DNA from: Cetorhinus maximus
Taxonomy: Eukaryota
DNA length: 64,000 nt
Assembly (NCBI RefSeq): GCF_964194155.1
Contig: NC_135901.1
Span: 11,408,001-11,472,000, forward strand
Direction: 5' to 3'
Part shown: positions 11,925-24,334 of the stretch, piece by piece
Layout: each line of letters starts with the position of its first letter
How positions within the stretch are numbered: position 1 is the first letter of the stretch
Notes under the pieces: model-generated
Databases searched by the model: none
The model's input: the letters and a program-made list of their open reading frames with translations, nothing else
What the model was told of the DNA's origin: nothing
Made by a program: the position numbers and the translations under genes

Positions 11925-14900
11925 GGTTTGGTAGGAGAATAAATGCTTTAATATGGGTTTAAAGATTGTATCCATAAATGTGCGTAGCATTAAATCTACT
12001 ACGCGATGTGTTGCGACCTTGGACTACCTAGCCAAGGTCAAAGCTGACCTGTTGTTTCTGCAGGAGTGTGCGATACCGCACCTCAGCTCCTACAGGCAAT
12101 GGTCACGATGGTGGTCCCACGGGCCATCGATCTGGTCGGGCGGAAACGACTCTCGTTCCTCCGGCCTGGGTATTCTGCTGCGGGGAGGCAACTTCACCGT
12201 CTCCGAGGTCAAGGAGGTGGTGGGCGGGCGACTCCTGGTAGCAGACGTAATGTACAAGAACGCTCCACTCCGGTTAATTAACGTGTACGGCCCGGCACAA
12301 GGGGCTGAGCGGCTGGAGGTTTTTCAGCAGCTCCCACTGCTGCTGGCGACCTCCAGGCCGGTCATTCTGGGCGGGGACTTCAACTGCATCATCGATGCGG
12401 CTGGACGATCCGGCAGGGCCGGAAGCAGATTGGACGCTACGTCCAGATCCCTGATGGAAACAGTTAAGGATGCCAAGCTGCACGACGTCTTCAGCAACCC
12501 TGCAGACGGAGCGCAGCGTAGATACACCTGGTCGCGGCCAGACGGGTCCATTCGTTCCAGGATAGACTTCCTGTTTGTGTCCCGTGCATTCACAGTCAGA
12601 TCCACCGACGTCAAGCCGGTGTTCTTCTCTGACCACTGCCTCCTACTGGCGGACTGCCACTTGGAGGAAGACCTGAGGGTGGGCAGGGGGGCATGGAAGC
12701 TAAATGTGCAACTGCTGACCCCAGAGAACATTGAGGAGCTCAAGAGGGATTACAAAGGTTGGAGAACCGTGAAACCCCTCTTTGAGTCCCTGACACACTG
12801 GTGGGAAGTGATCAAGGGAAGCATCAAGAGGTTTTTCATCCGCAAAGGCACCCAGAAAGCTAGAAAGGAACAGAGGGAAATGTCCCGACTCCAGAAAAAG
12901 ATGCAGAATCTGCTCCGGCTGCAGTCGATGGGGGTCGATGTCAAGGAGGAGCTCCAAGAGGTGAAGGGCCAGCAAGCCTCGCACTTTGCCTCGGAGGCCT
13001 CCAAGATCATCTTCCGTTCCAGAGTCCGCTCCGTGGAGCAGGACGAGACGTGCTCACGTTTCTTCTTCCAAAAGGTACACAGAGAGCGCTCTGTGATCAG
13101 CAGCCTGAAGGAAGAAGACGGCTCAGTAAAGTCATCACGGTCCGACATTCTGAGGATCAGCAAATCCTTTTATGCCGGACTGTATGACGTGAAGCCCACG
13201 GACAGCACGGCCTCCCAGTCCTTCCTGTCCTCTATCACGGAGGTCTTAGACCACAGTACGCGGGAGAGCCTAGACAAACCGCTAACTCCTGACGAACTGA
13301 CTAAGGCCCTCGAGTCCTTCGAGAAGAGTAAAACCCCCGGAAGCGACGGCCTGCCGGCGGAGTTGTATTCGGCTCTGTGGGACTTGATCGGCCCAGACCT
13401 GCTAGAAGTGTACGAGAGTATGCTCCTGGCCGGCAGCATGTCAGAATCCATGAGGAAAGGCATCATCACCCTCATCTACAAGCACAAGGGGGAAAGGGAG
13501 GAAATTAGAAATTGGCGACCCATTTCACTGTTGAATGTGGACTATAAGATTCTGTCCAAGGTCATCGCCAACCGGGTCAAATCCGCTCTGGAATTGGTGA
13601 TTCACCCTGACCAGACCTGCTCTGTGCCAGGCAGGAAGATCTCTGACAGCCTGGCGCTGCTCGGGGATACGATTGCCTATGTACAGGACAGGGGTGTGGA
13701 TACCTGCCTCATCAGCTTGGATCAGGAGAAGGCCTTTGACAGAATATCGCACACCTACATGGGGGATGTGCTCTCCAAAATGGGCTTTGGGGAGGGAATT
13801 CGAAATTGGATCCAACTGCTCTACACTAACATCAGTAGCGCAGTCTCAATCAATGGGTGGGAAACAGATAGCTTTCCGATTAAATCTGGAGTCAGGCAGG
13901 GCTGTCCTCTCTCGCCTGTCCTTTTCGTGTGCTGCATAGAACCCTTTGCCGAGTCCATCAGGAAGGATCCGGGCATAAGAGGAGTGATGATCCCAGGCAG
14001 TGGAGGCACTCAGGTAAAAGCCTCCCTGTACATGGACGACGTCGCCGTTTTCTGCTCGGATCCGCTGTCGGTGCGCAGACTGATGCACGTCTGCGACCAG
14101 TTCGAACTGGCCTCGGGAGCCAAGGTAAATCGTGGGAAGAGCGAGGCCATGTTCTTTGGGAACTGGGCTGACCGATCCTTTGTCCCCTTCACTGTCAGGG
14201 CTGACGGCCTGAAGGTGCTGGGGATATGGTTCGGAGGGACCGGGGCATGCGTTAGAAACTGGAAGGAGCGAGTGGCTATGGTGAAAAGGAAACTGGGCAT
14301 GTGGGAGCGACGCTCCCTCTCCATTGCGGGTAAGAACCTGGTCATCAGGTGTGAGGTACTCTCGCTGTTGCTGTACGTGGCGCAGGTCTGGCCCATTCCA
14401 CACTCCTGCGCGATGGCGATCACTCGAGCCATCTTCCGCTTTATCTGGAGGTCGAAAATGGATCGTGTCTGCAGGGACGCGATGTACAAGCCTCTAGATA
14501 AAGGGGGAAAAAACGTGCCCAACATCGCCCTCATACTGATGGCCACCTTTGTGTGTGGCTGCATCAAGCGGTGCGTAGACCCTCAGTACGCAAACACCAA
14601 GTGTCACTACGTGCTGAGGTTCTACCTGTCCCCGGTGTTGCGAAGGATGGGTCTGGCCACGCTGCCGCGGAACGCTCCAAGTAGTTGGACCGTGCCGTAC
14701 CACCTGTCCCTGGTGGAAAAATTTATGCAGAAAAACACCTTTGACCACAAGTCCATCAGGCAGTGGTCAGCACGTAACGTCCTAGAGGCCCTGAGGGATA
14801 AGGAGAGGGTGGACCCTGTGGGATGGTTCCCCGAGCAGACTGTCAAAGTCATTTGGCAGAATGCCTCATCGCCAGAACTTTCCAACAAGCACCAAGACGT

Positions 14901-15596
14901 AGCTTGGCTGGTGGTGAGAAAGGCCCTCCCCGTCAGATCCTTCCTACACGCCAGGAGTCTCACCCCCTCTGCACGTTGCCCTCGAGGTGGCTGTGGTGGG
15001 GAAGAGACCGTTGTTCACCTCCTTGTGGATTGTGCCTTTGCAAAGAAAGTCTGGAGAGAGATGCAGTGGTTGCTGTCGAGGTTCATCCCGAGCAGTTCTG
15101 TGACACAGGACTCTGTGCTCTACGGGCTGTTCCCAGGGACACACACCGAGACAAACATCGACTGCAGCTGGAGGATCATCAACTCGGTGAAAGACGCGCT
15201 TTGGTCTGCCCGAAACTTGTTGGTCTTCCAGCACAAAGAGTTGTCCCCGACCGATTGTTGCGGACTGGCACAATCCAAAGTCCAGGACTACGTGCTGAGG
15301 GACGCACTAAAGCTTGGGGCAGCTGCCGCAAAGGCGCAATGGGGAAGGGTCGCTGTGTAAGACCTTTCTACCACAGCGCACCGAGAGACTGGGAACTGTT
15401 TAGAGCCCCTCGGGCTGTACAGATCAAAATGAAAGGCTGTAAATGATTGTAATATTGTTTGTACTGATGCACCTGGTGATACATTTTGTAAAAGTTTAAC
15501 CTGGATTGTACCCTTGTAATGTTGTTTTTGAAATGGTTTTGAATGTGATTGAAGATTTTTTATGAATAAAGTATATTTTTACAATAAAAAAAAAAA
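11925..15596 (+). mobile_element. Tx1/L1-clade non-LTR retrotransposon, 5'-truncated just before ORF2
   Basis: Perfect 15-bp TSD tagaggggagaaatg (11910-11924, 15597-15611), AATAAA at 15565, poly(A) tail, intact ORF2. Confidence 0.95.
11953..15360 (+). CDS. Tx1-type ORF2p: APE endonuclease + reverse transcriptase + C-terminal CCHC
   Basis: 1135 aa. EN motifs SINVRS, LQEC, NVYGP, GGDFN, RIDF, SDH; RT motifs DQEKAFD, GVRQGCPLSP, YMDD; CPRGGC...HLLVDC. Confidence 0.95.
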   Translation: MGLKIVSINVRSIKSTTRCVATLDYLAKVKADLLFLQECAIPHLSSYRQWSRWWSHGPSIWSGGNDSRSSGLGILLRGGNFTVSEVKEVVGGRLLVADVMYKNAPLRLINVYGPAQGAERLEVFQQLPLLLATSRPVILGGDFNCIIDAAGRSGRAGSRLDATSRSLMETVKDAKLHDVFSNPADGAQRRYTWSRPDGSIRSRIDFLFVSRAFTVRSTDVKPVFFSDHCLLLADCHLEEDLRVGRGAWKLNVQLLTPENIEELKRDYKGWRTVKPLFESLTHWWEVIKGSIKRFFIRKGTQKARKEQREMSRLQKKMQNLLRLQSMGVDVKEELQEVKGQQASHFASEASKIIFRSRVRSVEQDETCSRFFFQKVHRERSVISSLKEEDGSVKSSRSDILRISKSFYAGLYDVKPTDSTASQSFLSSITEVLDHSTRESLDKPLTPDELTKALESFEKSKTPGSDGLPAELYSALWDLIGPDLLEVYESMLLAGSMSESMRKGIITLIYKHKGEREEIRNWRPISLLNVDYKILSKVIANRVKSALELVIHPDQTCSVPGRKISDSLALLGDTIAYVQDRGVDTCLISLDQEKAFDRISHTYMGDVLSKMGFGEGIRNWIQLLYTNISSAVSINGWETDSFPIKSGVRQGCPLSPVLFVCCIEPFAESIRKDPGIRGVMIPGSGGTQVKASLYMDDVAVFCSDPLSVRRLMHVCDQFELASGAKVNRGKSEAMFFGNWADRSFVPFTVRADGLKVLGIWFGGTGACVRNWKERVAMVKRKLGMWERRSLSIAGKNLVIRCEVLSLLLYVAQVWPIPHSCAMAITRAIFRFIWRSKMDRVCRDAMYKPLDKGGKNVPNIALILMATFVCGCIKRCVDPQYANTKCHYVLRFYLSPVLRRMGLATLPRNAPSSWTVPYHLSLVEKFMQKNTFDHKSIRQWSARNVLEALRDKERVDPVGWFPEQTVKVIWQNASSPELSNKHQDVAWLVVRKALPVRSFLHARSLTPSARCPRGGCGGEETVVHLLVDCAFAKKVWREMQWLLSRFIPSSSVTQDSVLYGLFPGTHTETNIDCSWRIINSVKDALWSARNLLVFQHKELSPTDCCGLAQSKVQDYVLRDALKLGAAAAKAQWGRVAV

Positions 15597-15954
15597 TAGA
15601 GGGGAGAAATGTGGTAGAGATTGGGATAGAGACTGAGACAGAGCAACAGATTAAACACTAACACTACCCTTTCTTAAATATCATTCCGAACCCTTCAGGT
15701 GGGCCAGCAATTTTTCCCTCCCTTAATCTTATAATGTTCAACAACGAGCGCCTGAACTCCAGGATTTTAAAGGAACAACGGCTCTGCATCAGAAGGAAAA
15801 TGTTGGAAGATATTGGGGTCTGACCAGAAATCTCTGTTGATATTCCCGTGACAGGGGGTGGGGGGTGCGGGGGGTGGGGGTGGGGTGGGGGGGGGGGGTG
15901 GGGGGGTGGTGGTGGGGGGATGGTATGAAGGGCTCTCTGAGGAGATGCAGCGAA

Positions 15955-16312
15955 ATCCCTGGGATGAAGTTCAGTGAGTTCAGGAGGATGGTCACAGAGG
16001 GAATGGAGTAGGGAGAGATGATCCCTGGGGTGATGTTCAGTGAGTTCAGGAGGATGGTATCAGAGGGAATGGAGCAGTGAGAGAGGATCCCTGGGGTGAT
16101 ACTCAGTGAGTTCAGGAGGATGGTATCAGAGGGAATGGAGCAGGGAGAGAGGATCCCTAGGGTGATGGTCAGTGAGTTCAGGAAGATGGTATCAGAAGGA
16201 ATGGAGCAGGGAGAGAGGATCCCTGGGGTGATGGTCAGTGAGTTCAGGAGGATGGTATCAGAGGGAATGGAGCAAGGAGAGAGGATCCCTGGGGTGATGT
16301 TCTGTGAGTTCA
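15955..16312. repeat. 66-bp minisatellite, ~5.4 copies
   Basis: gagaggatcc-like unit starts at 16015, 16081, 16147, 16213, 16279; preceded by a G tract at 15855-15920. Confidence 0.9.
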
Positions 16313-16619
16313 GTTGTTTGTTGCATCAGGCAGGCCGCAACGCTGGGAATTTCCACGATTGTGCTACCTGGTGTTCTTATTAAACCCCAAACTGTGGTAA
16401 TAACTTGCAGGATTACTGCTTGAAAACGTGTCTGTGTCAGATCGGCCCCGGTCTCTCGGAATCATCCCTGGGTTTGTACCAAATGTTCTGTGTGCGGTAT
16501 ATGTGTATTCCTTGTTATTTATTTATGCGATATGGGAGTGGCTGTCTGGGTCAGCATTTATTGCCCATCCCTAATTGGCTTGAGAAGATGGACTGTGACG
16601 TCTCTGCCTTGTGAGTGTT

Positions 16620-16975
16620 TAAGTGGACAAGATACAGAGAGTCCAGGTGAATGCTCTGGGGGCTTCGGTTCAAATCCCAACATGGCAGCTGCTGGTATGT
16701 GAATTCAATTAATAAAATCTGGAATTGAAAACTGGACTCAGTAATGGTGACCATGGCAACTAACACCGATTGTCGTAAAAACCCAGCTGATTCACTACTG
16801 TCCTTTAGAGAGGGAAATCTGCCACTTTTACCCAGCCTGGCCGACATGTGATTCCAGGTCCACAGCAATGTGACTGACACTTAACTGCCCTCTGAAATGG
16901 CCTCGGAAGCCGGGCTGTTCGGGGCGGCCTTGCCAGTGACACCCACATTTCATTAAAGGATAAAGAGAAAAAAAC
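16620..16975 (+). mobile_element. tRNA-derived SINE
   Basis: B-box-like ggttcaaatccc, body ...cttaactgccctctgaaatggcc..., A-rich tail; second copy inverted at 58180-58545. Confidence 0.7.
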
Positions 16976-19245
16976 TTTTATTCTCTATCTAACCCCTGCT
17001 GCACAGACCCTGGGAGTGCTTGATGGGACAGTGTAAAGGAAGCTTTCTTTCTCCACGCACTGCCCTACATCGGCCTCTGATGAAGCAGAGTCCTGCTGTT
17101 TACAATTAGCTGACAGACCAGAATATGACTGAGGCTCCCCTCGCTCAGAGGGAAAGATGTATTAACACGAATGAGTGACTCTTTCACTGACGGGTCTTCG
17201 ATTCAAGCACATCCCCACATCCCAGACAGGACTGGTGAAAAATACCTGTCTGGAAATGGTGGTGGTGGTGGTGGTGGTGGTGGGGTGGGGTGGGGTGGGG
17301 GAGAGGGGGAAACCGTGTAATAGAGAAGGTGGAGTGGTGTCAATGGGCCTTGGAGAAAGGATTTCGTCAGAACCATAGTTCGTTTCACATTAATGATTTA
17401 TTAACAATTTCAGAGAACATTTTACAGAACAGTTTATTTTAAAGTTAACCAAAGTGAATAGGAGCGTCACATTCAGAACAGAACACATTCCCTCTGAACT
17501 GCCAACTGTATGTATAATAGTAACAGACACCAGAAAGAGAAAACAGGAGCTCAACATAAAGGGAAGGGGATAATTGTGAATGAGGAATGAGAAAAGTTAT
17601 TTATTTACACGGAGAATTCAAACTACAGGGGAATTATAAGCTACAATTAGAATACAGCCATAGTTATCTCGAAAATTTCAAACAGGAAACCAGAAATACC
17701 ATCCATGTTTGTCTCAGTTACAAATTCGGAAACAAACTGAAGGTATTTCATTTTTAGAGTCACCAAGAGGGCACATTTTAAATCCGGAATACAGAGATTT
17801 CAATAAAGAGCTGATGAAAATCTACGGTGCCCAAAATTCAACCGATCACTTGGTCTGTAAAATAGGATAAAATAATGAAACAGATGTTTAAGAGCTGGGA
17901 CATTTATATTCGAGTTTTAATCAATGAAACATTGAGAGGTTTTTCATACCACTTCTGTCAGTTTGAAGTGTGACTGCTTAAACTGTGCTGTCACTCAGCA
18001 GTTCTCTGGATCTTTGGGAGAATTGGAACTCCGCTGCTTTAATTTGGAATGCTGCAAATTCATATAACAAATTCATATAAACTCATATAACAAGGTCATC
18101 ATAAAATGGCATAACACCATGCATCCATACCATGGCCCTTCCATCATCCTGTCTCTGTCAGCTTTTTAAAAGTGCAAACGAATTAATCTCAGTTTCCTTC
18201 TCTCTTTTAGTAAACCTGTTATTCTTCTGAATATCAATTAATTGCACAATTCTCTTTGGAAGGAGTTTCTGCAGATTCCATGCCCAGTTTGCCTTAATTA
18301 ACACTGTTCCCCTCACCCAATTTAGACTAAAAGATTTAGACTTGTGTTCCTTACCTAGCTATGCATATGAACATTATTTACTTATCTCTTGATTTCATGT
18401 TGAATTGACAAAAGTGCTCATTTTGGTTTGAAATAATTTTGTCCTGGGAATGAAATCTTTACAGAATACATATTTGTTTAGGAAAAAGGGCAGTGTTGAT
18501 CTACCAGAATGCTTGGAAGACTCCAATGGTTAGGCTGAGAGGTCATGACTCTTGTTACAGGAAGACAACTGTTGGTTTCCACCCGGTGCCTCAGTTTGTT
18601 TTGAGTGTCATAATGCAGAAGGCTCAGTCCAGCAAATGTCTCAGGCAGCAATCCTTTCTGCTCAATCATTAGGAACACCTTTCTCCTCCTCAGAAGACGA
18701 AATTCAACAAACTTTACTCAGCAGCATTTTTTACGTTATTCAAGATTCAGTATTAATATTTTTGTTGATATTTATTCCCTCGCTTGACTTGAGACTCTCT
18801 GGAGTATACAACAACATCGAATTGCAAACGTGACTAGCAAACAAAAGAATGCCAGACACCAGGTAATGCACTTGATATTTGTCTGATTTGAGATTTAGCA
18901 CAACAGTCAGTATTTCAACAAAATCAAAGAATTTTACAGGAAACAGATTTGAGAGTTATATCTGATCCCTCTTTGTCTGTCGTTCTGAACACACATTACT
19001 ATGAGACATCTTTGACATGGTGAGTTACTGTGTTAATCTGTATTGAAAGACGCATTCATTTCTGTTGTTGACTGAACAAACTGCTAATATGTGAGCGCAG
19101 TGAAATACGATCATTTATTTCTACTCAACTGTGTCATGAAATCGCACCACGTCTGATTTTGCTGTATTCATTTTATGATCTCGGGGTGAGAGCAACTGCA
19201 ACATAGGAGATTCAAGTAAGCTTACAAATCACCCTCACTATTGAC

Positions 19246-19302
19246 TGAACCAGGGTCCTTTCGTGTGTTGGGCGAACGTGATAACCACTTTACTACAGAA
19301 AC
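19246..19302 (-). pseudogene. tRNA-Val(AAC) pseudogene, 3' truncated
   Basis: GTTTCTGTAGTAAAGTGGTTATCACGTTCGCCCAACACACGAAAGGACCCTGGTTCA. Confidence 0.8.
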
Positions 19303-20673
19303 TGTCATGTTTCCATTGAGCCTGTCTGGAATGTTAAACTGCGCTGCAACACAGCAGCACTCTGGGTGTCTGTTGCAGAGAAATGGAATTCAGCTGCAAT
19401 CAGCAGGAATGCTGCAGCAAGACTGACATAACCGTCTAATCATAAAGTGGCCGAGCACCGTGTATTCATACAATCACACAAGAGGCCCTTCCACTATGCG
19501 ACCGCTGTCCCCTTTTTAAACGAGCAAACTAATTAATCACAATTTGCTTCTCTCTTTTAATAAACCTGTTTTTTCCTCCCTTTCATTAAATTGCTCAATA
19601 CCCTTTTGAAAAAGTAGTTTCTGCAGAATCCATGCCTAGTTTGCCTTAATCACAAGGTTCACATGACGATTTGGACTTGGGTTCCTAATATACTTTACCA
19701 TATGAACATGATGTATTTATGCAATTGATTCTCATATCGAATTTACGAAAGTGTCATTTTTTCAATTTTACTATTTTTACAACCTTATTACTTTTACTCC
19801 ATACCCCTTCAATCGAGGGTGCGATATTAGAGAGGAAAATGCTTGTTCCGGAGTTTAACAGAGCCCTGCCAAGAGCACGTGCTTCACTAGTTCGTTTACT
19901 TCATTTGGTTTGAAATAATTTTTGTTCATGGACCGGAATCTTACAGAGGATAAATATTTGTGCAGCAAATAGGGCAGTGCTGAGCTACCAGAATGTTTGA
20001 AGGTTTCTAATGGTTGGACTGAGAGGCCATGTCATTTGTTGCAGGGAGACAACTGTTGGTTTCACCCTGGTGTCTCAGCTTGTTTTGAATTTCTCAATGT
20101 AGACGTGTGCGTCCAACAAATGTCTCCAGGTGCAATGCTTTTTGCTCAATCATTAGGAACATCCATCTAATCCTTGGAAGACGAAATTGAACAAACTTTA
20201 CTTAGTATTTGTTCCGCTATTCTATATTTAATATTAATATTTTATCTGTTATTGGTGCCTTCATTTGAATTGAGACTCTCTGAAATATACAGCAAACTCG
20301 AATTTCAAATATGACTGAGAGATTGCCAGTTAGCAGGGAATGCAATTCATATGGTGCTCATTTGAAATTGAGCACAGTTAGCTTTGAAACAAAATCCAAT
20401 AATTTTACTGGGAACAGTTTTGAGAATGATTCGTTCATGATATTTGATCCCTCTTTGTTCCAGCTGAGAAGCTTTCTGGCGTATAAATCGCGTCCATGTA
20501 GAAGACAGGAGGGAAGCCAGCAGATCTGCACTGCACCTCGGTTTCCACATCTCGCCGGGTCGTTTTTCCTGATACTCTATTCTGAAGACCAATTGTTTAA
20601 AGGAGTGATTATGTCATTTCCTCTGGTTCAATTACAGCATCGCTTGTGCCAGTCCTTATGAGCGCACTTTAGT

Positions 20674-21496
20674 ATGAAACACTCCTTTCAAGTGAAACAG
20701 CATTTCACTTGCACTTCCCTCAATTTAGTCTACTGCATTCGCTGCTCCCAATGTGGTTTCCTCTACATTGGAGAGACCAAACGCAGACTGGGTGGCCGCT
20801 TTGCAGAACACCTTTGGTCGATCCGCAATCATAACCCAGAGCTCCCTGTCGCTTGCCATTTTGATACACCACGCTGCTCTCATGCCCACGTGTCCGTCCT
20901 TGGCCTGCTGCAATGTTCCAGTGAAACTCAACGCAAACTGGAGGAACAGCGCCTCATCTTCCGACTAGGCACTTTACAGCCTTCTGGACTGAATATTGAG
21001 TTCAACAATTTTAGATCATGAACTCGCTCCTCCATCCCACCCCCTTTCCGATACGCCTTTTTCCATTAATTTATATAGATTTTTCTTTTCCCACCTATCT
21101 CCATTGTTTTTAAATGTATTTCCATCCATTGTTCTATCTCTACCTTTTAGTCTTTTTCGATCACCCCCACCACCCCCACCCCCACTAGGGCTATATGTAC
21201 CTTGCTCGTCCTGCTTTCTACCCTTAATGTCCCCATCATCACATTTCTTTGCTAATATCACCACCGTCAACACCTCTTTGTACTTTTCTCTATGACATCT
21301 TTTGGCTATCTCCACCTATCACTGGCCCTCTATCCAGCTCAACCTTTCCCACCCCCCACCCCCTTAAACCAGCTTATATTTCACCTCTTTTTATTTTTCC
21401 TTAGTTCTGTTGAAGAGTCATACGGAATCGAAACGTTAACTGTATCCCTCTCCGCAGGTGCTGTCAGACCTGCTGAGTTTTTCCAGGTATTTTTGT
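20674..21496 (+). mobile_element. 5'-truncated Neptune-type PLE (GIY-YIG end + pLTR)
   Basis: ORF 20674-21021 FTCTSLNLVYCIRCSQCGFLYIGETKRRLG...GLNIEF; pLTR with mutated hammerhead at ~21403-21441. Confidence 0.9.
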
Positions 21497-22854
21497 CCAA
21501 TGGTTAGGCTGAGACGTCATGACTCTTGTTACAGGAAGAGAACTGTTGGTTTCCACCTGGTGCCTCAGTTTGTTTTGAATTTCAAAATGCAGGAGGCTCG
21601 GTCCAGCAAATGTCTCAGGCAGCAATCCTTTCTGCTCAATTATTAGGAACGCCCTTCTCCTCCTCAGAAGACGAAATTCAACAAACTTTTCTCAGCAATT
21701 TTTTACGTTATTCAACATTCAGTATTAATATATTTCTATTTGATATTAATGCCCTTGGTTGACTTGAGACTCTCTGAAATATACAACATTGAATTGCAAA
21801 CGTGGCTGGCAAACAAAAGATTGCCAGACACCAGGTAATGCACTTGATATGGGACTGATTTGAAATTTAGCACAACAGTCAGCATTTCAACAAAATCATC
21901 GAAGAATTTTACAGGGAACCAATTTGAGAATGATGCGGTAATATCTGATCCTTCTTTGTTGTTCTGAGCACACATTACTATGAGACATCTTTGACATGGT
22001 GAGTAACTGTGTTAATCTGTATCGAAAGACGCATTCATTTCTGTTGTTGACTGAACGAACTGCTAATATGTGAGCGCAGTGAAATAAGAACATCTATTTC
22101 CACTCAAGTGCGTCATGAAATCTCAGAATGTCTGATTTTGCTGCATTCATTTTATGACCTCGGTGAGAACAAATGCAAGATGCCTGCAAATGGGAGACTC
22201 AAGTAAGTGTCAATGGTGCAAATCACCCTCACGATTGAATGAGTAAGTTTTAATAAAGTTTTTAATGCATTAAAGGTGTTGTATAAATGCAAGCTATTGT
22301 TGTCTACTTTGAGGAGCGATTTCATTACCAGTCTCAGTTGAAAAACCATGGGCGCTGTGGCACCAGGGAGAGGATTTGTACTGGTTGAGAGTGAAATGGG
22401 ATTCACTCAGTCATCCCATTTACTGACACAGCAGCACAGTCACTCTAGAGAGAGACCATCCAGGTAATTCACGAGTACGGGAGGGTTTACTCAGTTTTCC
22501 CGCCAACTTTGAAAGTTCAAAGCATTTGATGCATGTTCAGCACATTCACACAGTAGTGAGGCTGTTTAAATGTTGTGTGCGTGGGCAGTGATTCACCTGT
22601 TCTTCCCACCCGCTGTGATGCTAGTGAGTTCACATGTGACTGTAGGGGTTGGAATTCTGTTTTTCTGCTGTTTTGGGGATTCTCGATTCGCCATTAATTC
22701 CCATTCTCCTTTCTTCTGGTGGGTAATGGAGGGTCCATGCAGTTGGCTTTCGGTATAATTTGTTTCTTAACTTTAGTATTGGACCCTCCGACCCAGCTTC
22801 CACTCCGCAACAGGAAAACAAATCAGGATATCCTAATTTGGACTTTCAATGGGG

Positions 22855-23110
22855 GAAGGGGTTACCCAGCATTCCCCGCGGTAGAGAATATCCCCTATCC
22901 ACACAACAGGAAGTCAGCGCGCAGGCGCAGTGTCGAACAGTGTTTGAGCTTGCGCGGAGTGAGCAATGTCGATGGAGAGAAGCTTCTTTCTCTGATCCGC
23001 AATCGGTGAGGGAGGGATGAAGGGTCTGAGGGAGCGAACGATCCGGTGGGTGGACGGGAGGGCTTCGTAAACATGTTGTGTAAGATGCAGTCTCCCGAAT
23101 GAGAAGCTAC
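22855..23110 (+). promoter_or_regulatory. Promoter/first exon of ZNF-B
   Basis: ZNF143-type site ttacccagcattccccgcg (22862-22880), ETS caggaagt, NRF1-like gcgcaggcgca; CpG-rich. Confidence 0.6.
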
Positions 23111-23219
23111 CGGTCCCCGTTTACAAGAGCAGGGGGACAGCTGAGGGGCTCCTGCTGCTGCAGAGCGGGGTGAACGGAGGAGGAATTTCCAAAGCTTGTG
23201 GTCTTGGTAACGGAAAGAT

Positions 23220-23995
23220 CGGCACCAATGGTGGGGTGATTAATATGGGGAATGTTCAAGAGGCCGGTGGGAGATGAACACATGTTTCAGAGGGTTGTGT
23301 GGGTGGAGGAGATAACAGAGATAGGGATGATCGCAGCCAGAGGGGAAATCCATTGATTGGAGGGTTGTGTGGGGGAGGAGATTACAGAGATAGTGATGAT
23401 CGCAGGCAGAGAGGAAATCCATTGAGTGGAGGGTTGTGTGGGTGGAGGAGATTACAGAGATAAGGATGATCGCAGCCAGAGAGGAAAACAAGGATGAAAA
23501 TTTTTAAATTTTGCTGCTTCTTAACTGGGAACCTTTGTAGGTCAGTGAACACAGGGGTGAAGGATGAACAAGACTTGGTGCGAGTAAACACACGGGCAGC
23601 AGAGTTTTGGATGACCTCAACATTACAGAGAGGCTGAAGGTGGGAGATTGGCTGGGATTGTGTTAGGATAGTTAAGTCTAGAGGTAACAAAGGAATGGAT
23701 GATGGTTACAGCAGGGGCTGAGCTGAGATGAGGGTGGAGTCGGCGACGTTACTGGGGTGGGAATTGATGGTCTTGGTGATGATGCGGATATGTGTTTGGA
23801 AGCTCATCTTCAGGTGAAATATTTTTTCATGGTTGTGAACAGCCTGGTTCAGCCTCAGACAGTTACCAGGGAGAGGGATGGAGTCGGTGGCTGGCAGTGG
23901 AGTTTGTAGTGGGGACTGAAGAGAACAGCTTCTGTTTTCCCAATATTTAAATAGAGGAAATTTCTGCTCATCCAGGACTGGATGTCAAACAAGTC
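23220..23995 (-). mobile_element. L2 LINE fragment containing a 3-copy ~70-bp tandem (23285-23485)
   Basis: QNSAARVFTRTK motif; agggttgtgt at 23291, 23361, 23430. Confidence 0.75.
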
Positions 23996-24334
23996 AGGAC
24001 GTTGTGTGACTTGGAGGGGAATTTGGAGGTGATGCTACCCTGGTCCTAGGTGGTGGAAGTTGAGGGTTTTGGGGATTCCTTCACAGTTCTGGTCAAGCTG
24101 TAGATATATAAAACATATAAAATCTCTCTCTACCCCCGTTTTTTTTCTCTCTCTCTCTCTTCATTCAGTTCAATTTCACAACCTGCCTTTGTCTTTTTCT
24201 GTGTTCTCTCCACCCCCTTTTTCTGTTTTAAATCAGCTTCACAGGATATTAGAAGGGGAGGATCTGCAGTCAGAAAACAGCATCTGAAGGAGTTGCCCAA
24301 TACATCGTAACCTGAATAGCATAGCATCTTGAAC

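Larger units (their letters stand above)
17975..22260 (-). repeat. Decayed tandem array of ~1.4-kb tRNA-Val unit (3-4 partial copies)
   Basis: 17980~19333, 18420~19903, 18525-19240~21497-22250; same unit as 1760-4125. Confidence 0.8.

Noticed and set aside
12066-15446. Many alternative-frame and antisense ORFs in the Tx1 element
   Set aside because: Shadows of a GC-rich coding region with no recognisable motifs.
16096-16383. ORF with 22-aa repeats
   Set aside because: Translation of the 66-bp minisatellite; GTG start, no gene context.
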